From Pseudomonadota bacterium (lineage in GTDB: Bacteria > Bdellovibrionota_B > Oligoflexia > Oligoflexales > RGVZ01), in the NCBI GenBank assembly GCA_041178085.1, contig JBEGVZ010000057.1, positions 1 to 20,415 on the forward strand: 20,415 bases of DNA, in the 5' to 3' direction. The position numbers and the translations under genes are program-made. Positions within the stretch are counted from its first letter, which is position 1. Every line of letters begins with the position of its first letter. The notes under the pieces are model-generated. The model did no database searches. It saw nothing but the letters and a program-made list of their open reading frames with translations, and was not told where the DNA came from. Shown piece by piece: positions 15,911 to 20,415 of the stretch.

Positions 15911-16396
15911 TCAAGTCCTGAAGGGCGGGAGTCGCAAGAACCAAGCCGCCGCCACGGCTGCCGCTGCCAGCCCAAGGCCCCAAAGAAGGATCTCTAACGA
16001 ACCCATCTGCCCGGAATCACGATGATTTTGATTTCCAGGGGGACGATTCCCGGCTTGGCGCCTGCCGTGGTGGTCCTGCGCGGCTCTGGGACCTGGACGG
16101 AGGCGCTGGTTGCGCGGGCGAGTGGCCGGGATCCCGTCCAGTGCCCCCTCCAGCGGCATTGCGTCCTGACGGGATTTGCGCGGGGAATCGCTGAAAAAAG
16201 ACCGGTCATCCCCTGAGGTCGAGAAAATTTCGTCGATTTCGATAATCTCTTGCTGCAGCACAGAATCTTCCGCGGCGGCAAAGTCGTTGGGCGAGAGGAC
16301 TCCCTTGCGGAGCTCCTCGCGTATTTCGGCGGCGGAAAACGTCCCGATGGCCTCGCCCCGGCGGTAAACAGTCCATTTTTTGTTTGAGGTCACCAT
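15911..16396 (-). CDS. GYF_2/DUF4339-like domain protein with C-terminal transmembrane anchor
   Basis: KWTVYRRGEAIGTFSAAEIREELRKGVLSPND matches the GYF_2 pattern, followed by a disordered linker and TM LEILLWGLGLAAAAVAAAWFL. Start ATG 16396 or 16405; the longer ORF-track start overlaps yceD. Confidence 0.7.
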   Translation of the reverse strand: MVTSNKKWTVYRRGEAIGTFSAAEIREELRKGVLSPNDFAAAEDSVLQQEIIEIDEIFSTSGDDRSFFSDSPRKSRQDAMPLEGALDGIPATRPRNQRLRPGPRAAQDHHGRRQAGNRPPGNQNHRDSGQMGSLEILLWGLGLAAAAVAAAWFLRLPPFRT

Positions 16397-16437
16397 GTGC
16401 TGCATGTAGGTTACGCAGCCATGAAGGTATCGGTCAA
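16384..16437. promoter_or_regulatory. Candidate bidirectional sigma70 promoter between the GYF gene and yceD
   Basis: Plus: TTGAGG(16384-16389)-17 bp-TAGGTT(16407-16412). Minus: TTGACC(16437-16432)-18 bp-TAACCT(16413-16408). Confidence 0.4.
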
Positions 16438-16999
16438 GGACCTCAAAAAACCCCTGAATATCCGGATCTCCGGTAACGAAGCATGGCTCGGTGCCATCCA
16501 CGCGTCCTTTACGCCAGAGGTAGGTGACGCATGCGCTCCGGGCGTCCAGGCGGGTGACCGGCAACTGACCGGCGACCTTGAACTGTCCGTGGATTCAGCT
16601 GGTTGCGTCCGGGTGACGGGCCGTCTGGATTACCAGCCCCTGGTCCCGTGCAGCCGGTGTGACCTGTCGATTCCCTTCGACGTCGGGCAGGATGTGGATT
16701 CCTGCTTCAAGCCGCTCCCAAGTCATACGGACGACCGCCGTGAGGTCAACCTTTCAGGGGACGAACTTGACGAGCGCTACATCGAGGACGGCGCGGTGGA
16801 CATTGAAGAACTCCTCAATGACCTGGTTCAGACGGCCATTCCATTCCAGACTGTCCAGGTGTCCCCGGACGGCAAGAATTGTGTCTTCTGCAAAGCCGAC
16901 CTGTCCCGGCCAAGGGTCTTTTCGAGCGGTGGCGAGGATGAGCCGGAGGCACCCGAATCGCCTTTCGCCAAGCTTGCCGGATTCAAGGTGAAAAAGTAG
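16421..16999 (+). CDS. yceD: YceD/DUF177 family protein (23S rRNA accumulation)
   Basis: VRVTGRL...[36 protein letters not shown] and SPFAKLA tail; ATG 16421. Confidence 0.88.
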   Translation: MKVSVKDLKKPLNIRISGNEAWLGAIHASFTPEVGDACAPGVQAGDRQLTGDLELSVDSAGCVRVTGRLDYQPLVPCSRCDLSIPFDVGQDVDSCFKPLPSHTDDRREVNLSGDELDERYIEDGAVDIEELLNDLVQTAIPFQTVQVSPDGKNCVFCKADLSRPRVFSSGGEDEPEAPESPFAKLAGFKVKK

Positions 17000-17008
17000 T
17001 TTTCCCGC

Positions 17009-17037
17009 TTGTCAACCGCCCTCAGCCCAAGTAGTTT
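17009..17037 (+). promoter_or_regulatory. sigma70 promoter of rpsB-tsf
   Basis: TTGTCA (17009-17014) - 17 bp - TAGTTT (17032-17037), followed by a GC-rich discriminator. Confidence 0.65.
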
Positions 17038-17051
17038 ACCCCGGCTTTTTA

Positions 17052-17160
17052 CCCTGCCCGGCGTGGTGCCGGTCGGGAATTACGCGGATCGCAGCATCGA
17101 AGGTGTTTTTGTCCCTGTCAGGGGGCAGGGATACGCGGCGATCGAGGACCAACCTTCGAA
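17052..17160 (+). promoter_or_regulatory. Structured 5' leader of rpsB (candidate S2 autoregulatory element)
   Basis: Hairpins CCGGC-GTGGT-GCCGG (17058-17072) and TGTCCCTGTC/GGCAGGGATA (17110-17133), the latter enclosed by TCGAAGGT (17097-17104)/ACCTTCGA (17152-17159). Confidence 0.5.
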
Positions 17161-17174
17161 AAAAGGATGAAGAA

Positions 17175-17975
17175 ATGTCAGTCAACGTGAACATGAAAGA
17201 GCTCCTGGAAGCAGGCGTCCACTACGGTCACCAGGCACGTCGCTGGAACCCGAAAATGAAGCCCTACATCTTCGGCGAGCGCAACGGCATCCACATCATC
17301 GACCTTCAGAAGACCGTCAAGCTGTTCCAGTCGGCTTGTGACTTTCTCGAGAAGACAACGTCCCGCGGCGGTCACGTGCTGTTCGTTGGCACCAAGCGCA
17401 TGGCGCGCGACCTCGTCGCCACCGAAGCGCGCCGTTCCGGCATGTACTTCGTCAACCACCGCTGGCTGGGTGGCACCCTGACCAACTTCGCAACCATCCG
17501 CCAGAGCATCCACCGCCTGAAGCGCATCGAAAAGATGGCGATGGACGGTACGTTTGAGAAGTTGCCCAAGAAAGAAGTTCTTGGTCTGCAAAACGAGCGC
17601 GAGAAGCTTGAGCGCAACATCGGCGGCATCAAAGACATGCCGGGCATGCCGCGCGCGATCTTCATCGTCGACGCCCACAAGGAAACGATTGCACTTCTGG
17701 AAGCCAAGCGCCTTGGTATTCCGGTGGTCGCCATTGCCGATACCAACGCCGACCCGCAGATGGTCGACTACGTGATTCCAGGCAACGACGACAGCATCAG
17801 CTCGCTCAAGGTGTTCATCTCTACTGCGGCAGAGGCTTGCATCGCTGGCAAGATGAAGTCCAGGGACAAGACTGAGATGGGCGACAAGATGGAAGGTGTG
17901 CACGAAGGCAAATTCTTCGATGACGCCGGCAACGCCGTCGCTGTCGAAAAGCGCAAGCCGTCCAAGAAGCACTGA
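17175..17975 (+). CDS. rpsB: 30S ribosomal protein S2
   Basis: [27 protein letters not shown]...[10 protein letters not shown]...IPGNDD; ATG 17175 after AAGGA. Confidence 0.99.
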   Translation: MSVNVNMKELLEAGVHYGHQARRWNPKMKPYIFGERNGIHIIDLQKTVKLFQSACDFLEKTTSRGGHVLFVGTKRMARDLVATEARRSGMYFVNHRWLGGTLTNFATIRQSIHRLKRIEKMAMDGTFEKLPKKEVLGLQNEREKLERNIGGIKDMPGMPRAIFIVDAHKETIALLEAKRLGIPVVAIADTNADPQMVDYVIPGNDDSISSLKVFISTAAEACIAGKMKSRDKTEMGDKMEGVHEGKFFDDAGNAVAVEKRKPSKKH

Positions 17976-18013
17976 TTACCTGAACGTTTCAATTAGAACG
18001 GGAAATGATTTCG

Positions 18014-18916
18014 ATGACGATTACTGCATCCCAAGTCAAAGAACTGCGTGAAAAGACCGGCGTCGGCATGATGGAGTGCAAGAAGGCACTCGAGGAAAAT
18101 TCCGGCAACATGGAAAAGGCGATCTTGTGGCTGCGCGAGCGCGGTATGTCACGGGCAGCAAAGAAGGCTGACCGGGTGGCTGCCGAGGGCCTGGTTGAAG
18201 TGTACGTCAACGACGACCTCAATGCGGCTGCGGTGCTCGAGCTCAACTGCGAGACTGACTTCGTCAGCAAGAACGACGATTTCCGTAAGTTTGCCCATGA
18301 CTGTGCGCTGATTGCCCTCAAAAACAACCTGAGCTCGGCTGACGAGCTTCTGGCTGCGAAGATGGCTTCGGGTGCAACGGTCAAGACGACGCTGACGGAG
18401 ATGATCGCCAAGATCGGCGAGAACATGAACGTTCGTCGCTGTACCGTGCTCAAGGCTCCGAACGGCGTGATCGCCGGCTACACCCACATGGGTGGCAAGA
18501 TCGGTACTCTCGTGATGCTGGAAGGCGGCACCAAGAACGACGCACTGGTCACGTTGGGCAAGGACATTGCCATGCATGTGGCAGCGGCTGCTCCGCGCTA
18601 CATGACCAGCAGCGAAGTGGATACGTCCGAGCTCGAGCAAGAGCGCGAACTGGCCCGTAAGAAACTGATCGAGGAAAAGAAGCCGGAAGCGATGATCGAG
18701 AAGATCCTCGAAGGTCAGATGAAGAAATTCTTCAAGGAAGTTTGCCTGGTCGACCAGGCCTTCGTGAAGGACCCGGACATGAACATCGCCACCCTGGTTC
18801 AGAAGCAGGGCGGGGGCGCGAAGCTTGTGAAGTTCGTGCGTTACCACCTGGGCGAGGGGATCGAGAAGCGGGAAACAGATTTTGCGGCAGAAGTCGCAGC
18901 GCAACTGAAACAATAA
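18014..18916 (+). CDS. tsf: Translation elongation factor Ts
   Basis: ITASQVKELREKTGVGMMECKKAL, ELNCETDFV, IAMHVAA, GEGIEK...DFAAEV; start 18014 (or 18005). Confidence 0.99.
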   Translation: MTITASQVKELREKTGVGMMECKKALEENSGNMEKAILWLRERGMSRAAKKADRVAAEGLVEVYVNDDLNAAAVLELNCETDFVSKNDDFRKFAHDCALIALKNNLSSADELLAAKMASGATVKTTLTEMIAKIGENMNVRRCTVLKAPNGVIAGYTHMGGKIGTLVMLEGGTKNDALVTLGKDIAMHVAAAAPRYMTSSEVDTSELEQERELARKKLIEEKKPEAMIEKILEGQMKKFFKEVCLVDQAFVKDPDMNIATLVQKQGGGAKLVKFVRYHLGEGIEKRETDFAAEVAAQLKQ

Positions 18917-18932
18917 GGTTGCCGTAAGGTTC

Positions 18933-18970
18933 AAAAAGGCAGATTCTTCAATGAATCTGCCTTTTTTCTT
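18933..18970. terminator. Intrinsic terminator after tsf (symmetric, possibly bidirectional)
   Basis: AAAAAGGCAGATTC-TTCAAT-GAATCTGCCTTTTTT. Confidence 0.85.
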
Positions 18971-18976
18971 GGGGGA

Positions 18977-19711
18977 ATGACGCCATTGGCCACTGAACTG
19001 AAGCCGGAATTCAAGCGGGTGATGTTGAAGCTGTCGGGTGAAATGCTTGGCGGCAAGCAAGGCTACGGGATTGAAGGGGACGCGATCGAGGCGGTTGCCC
19101 GTGAGGTCGCAGCCGTGCGCGAGATGGGCGTCGAGGTCGCCATCGTGATTGGTGGGGGCAACATCTTCCGTGGTTCGATCGCTTCCAAATGGGGGATGGA
19201 CCGGGCATCGGCAGATTACATGGGCATGCTTGCCACGGTGATCAATGCCCTGGCCCTGCAGGCGATCCTGGAAAATAAATTTCAACTTCAGACCCGGGTC
19301 ATGACGGCAATCACCATGACGGAACTGGCAGAGCCATACATCCGTCGCCGGGCGATCAAACACCTGGAAAATGGCCGCATTGTCATCTTTGCTGGTGGCA
19401 CCGGCAACCCTCTCTTCACGACCGATACGGCGGCCAGCTTGCGTGCGCGCGAGATCGGCGCCGAGATCATCATGAAGGCCACCAAGGTGGACGGAATCTA
19501 CGACAGTGACCCGGCGAAGAATCCGGGCGCCAAGAAGTTCGATACCCTTTCCTATCTGGACGTCATCCAGAGGAAACTGGACGTGATGGATGCAACCGCC
19601 ATCACCATGTGCATGGAAGCCTCCATGCCGATCCTGGTGTTCAAAATGGGTGAGCCCGGTTGCATAAAGAAAGCCGTTTCGGGCGCTAAAATGGGAACCA
19701 TCGTCAAGTAA
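18977..19711 (+). CDS. pyrH: UMP kinase
   Basis: [57 protein letters not shown]. Confidence 0.99.
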   Translation: MTPLATELKPEFKRVMLKLSGEMLGGKQGYGIEGDAIEAVAREVAAVREMGVEVAIVIGGGNIFRGSIASKWGMDRASADYMGMLATVINALALQAILENKFQLQTRVMTAITMTELAEPYIRRRAIKHLENGRIVIFAGGTGNPLFTTDTAASLRAREIGAEIIMKATKVDGIYDSDPAKNPGAKKFDTLSYLDVIQRKLDVMDATAITMCMEASMPILVFKMGEPGCIKKAVSGAKMGTIVK

Positions 19712-19731
19712 GTACAGAGAGGTAACGTACG

Positions 19732-20289
19732 ATGTCAGGTGATGTGATCAACAATTGCAAGCAATCCATGGACAAGCGAGTCAAAGGATTTGAAAACGAG
19801 CTTAAGCTGGTCCGTACCGGTCGTGCCTCAATTACCATTCTGGACCCGGTCCGCGTCGACTACTACGGCACGCCGACCCCTTTGAACCAGGTGGCCACTT
19901 TGACCACTCCGGACGCAAGGACCATCGTGATTTCGCCGTTTGAGAAGCGCCTGATTCAGGACATTGAAAAGGCCATCCAGATTGCCGACGTCGGCGTCCA
20001 GCCGACCAACGACGGCAACGTCGTGCGCTTGCCCTTCCCACCGCTCACTGAAGAGCGCCGCAAGGACATCGCCAAGAACTTGAAAAAGCTGGCGGAGGAA
20101 TCTCGCGTCGGCATCCGCAACATTCGCCGGGACATCAACGAAGACATCAAGAAGAAAGAAAAGAACAAGGAAGTCAGCGAAGACGACAGCCGCAAACTTC
20201 AAGCGGAGGTTCAGAAGCTGACAGATCAGTACATCAAGGCGATCGACGACCGGCTGGCCGCCAAGGAAAAAGAGGTCATGACGATCTGA
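19732..20289 (+). CDS. frr: Ribosome recycling factor
   Basis: RTGRAS, VDYYGTPTPLNQVA, PPLTEERRK, IRNIRRD, KEKEVM. Confidence 0.99.
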   Translation: MSGDVINNCKQSMDKRVKGFENELKLVRTGRASITILDPVRVDYYGTPTPLNQVATLTTPDARTIVISPFEKRLIQDIEKAIQIADVGVQPTNDGNVVRLPFPPLTEERRKDIAKNLKKLAEESRVGIRNIRRDINEDIKKKEKNKEVSEDDSRKLQAEVQKLTDQYIKAIDDRLAAKEKEVMTI

Positions 20290-20315
20290 CTTATAGTTCC
20301 TGCGCGGGGGAATTC

Positions 20316-20339
20316 AGCGGGGCAAGTCCCCGCTTTTTT
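20316..20339 (+). terminator. Intrinsic terminator after frr
   Basis: AGCGGGG-CAAGT-CCCCGCT followed by a T run. Confidence 0.8.
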
Positions 20340-20415
20340 ATTCTCTCCACCAGGGTCGTCCGGTTCAGGCCAAGTAATTTTGCAGCCTGATTTTTGTTGT
20401 GACCGGTCCGGTCCA

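Noticed and set aside
16406..16564. N-terminal extension of the GYF ORF (217-aa version)
   Set aside because: Would overlap yceD head-to-head by ~140 nt; the recognisable domain starts right after ATG 16396/16405.
17103..17174. GTG-started extension of rpsB
   Set aside because: S2 homology begins at ATG 17175, which has an RBS; the upstream region is a structured leader.
18149..19363. 404-aa minus ORF (and similar long antisense ORFs at 17178-17972, 10471-11352, 14993-15838)
   Set aside because: Shadow frames opposite well-conserved genes, expected from GC-rich codon bias; no motifs or independent signals.

Overview
This window has two parts. Positions ~1-4156 are the proximal end of a lower-GC integrative element (P4-like satellite/CP4-57-like island) inserted at the 3' end of a tmRNA gene (ssrA, 4157-4511, minus strand, tag (A)GNDYALAA). 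Reading away from ssrA on the minus strand, the element carries a P4-family tyrosine integrase, a 215-aa orphan ORF, an AlpA-type regulator/excisionase, a YfjI/DUF3987 protein, and the first 47 codons of a zinc-ribbon primase gene that the ORF track misses. The element runs off the left edge, so its second att site and any cargo are not visible. Arm-type repeats, 10-bp-phased CGG(A) repeats and an IHF-like site lie next to the att site. The same phased CGG motif recurs upstream of alpA. Positions ~4550-20415 are host chromosome: two signal-peptide rhodaneses flanking a DUF420 membrane protein, a probably inactive alpha/beta-hydrolase coupled to a DUF4175-like membrane protein and a small helical protein, a FadF-like Fe-S oxidoreductase, an active plus inactive M16 peptidase pair, fabD and rpmF, a GYF_2 membrane protein, a yceD (DUF177) gene oriented opposite to rpmF, and rpsB-tsf-pyrH-frr. 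A Bdellovibrionota-like host is tentatively inferred from the short tmRNA tag. Family assignments come from motif recognition by eye; no database searches were run.
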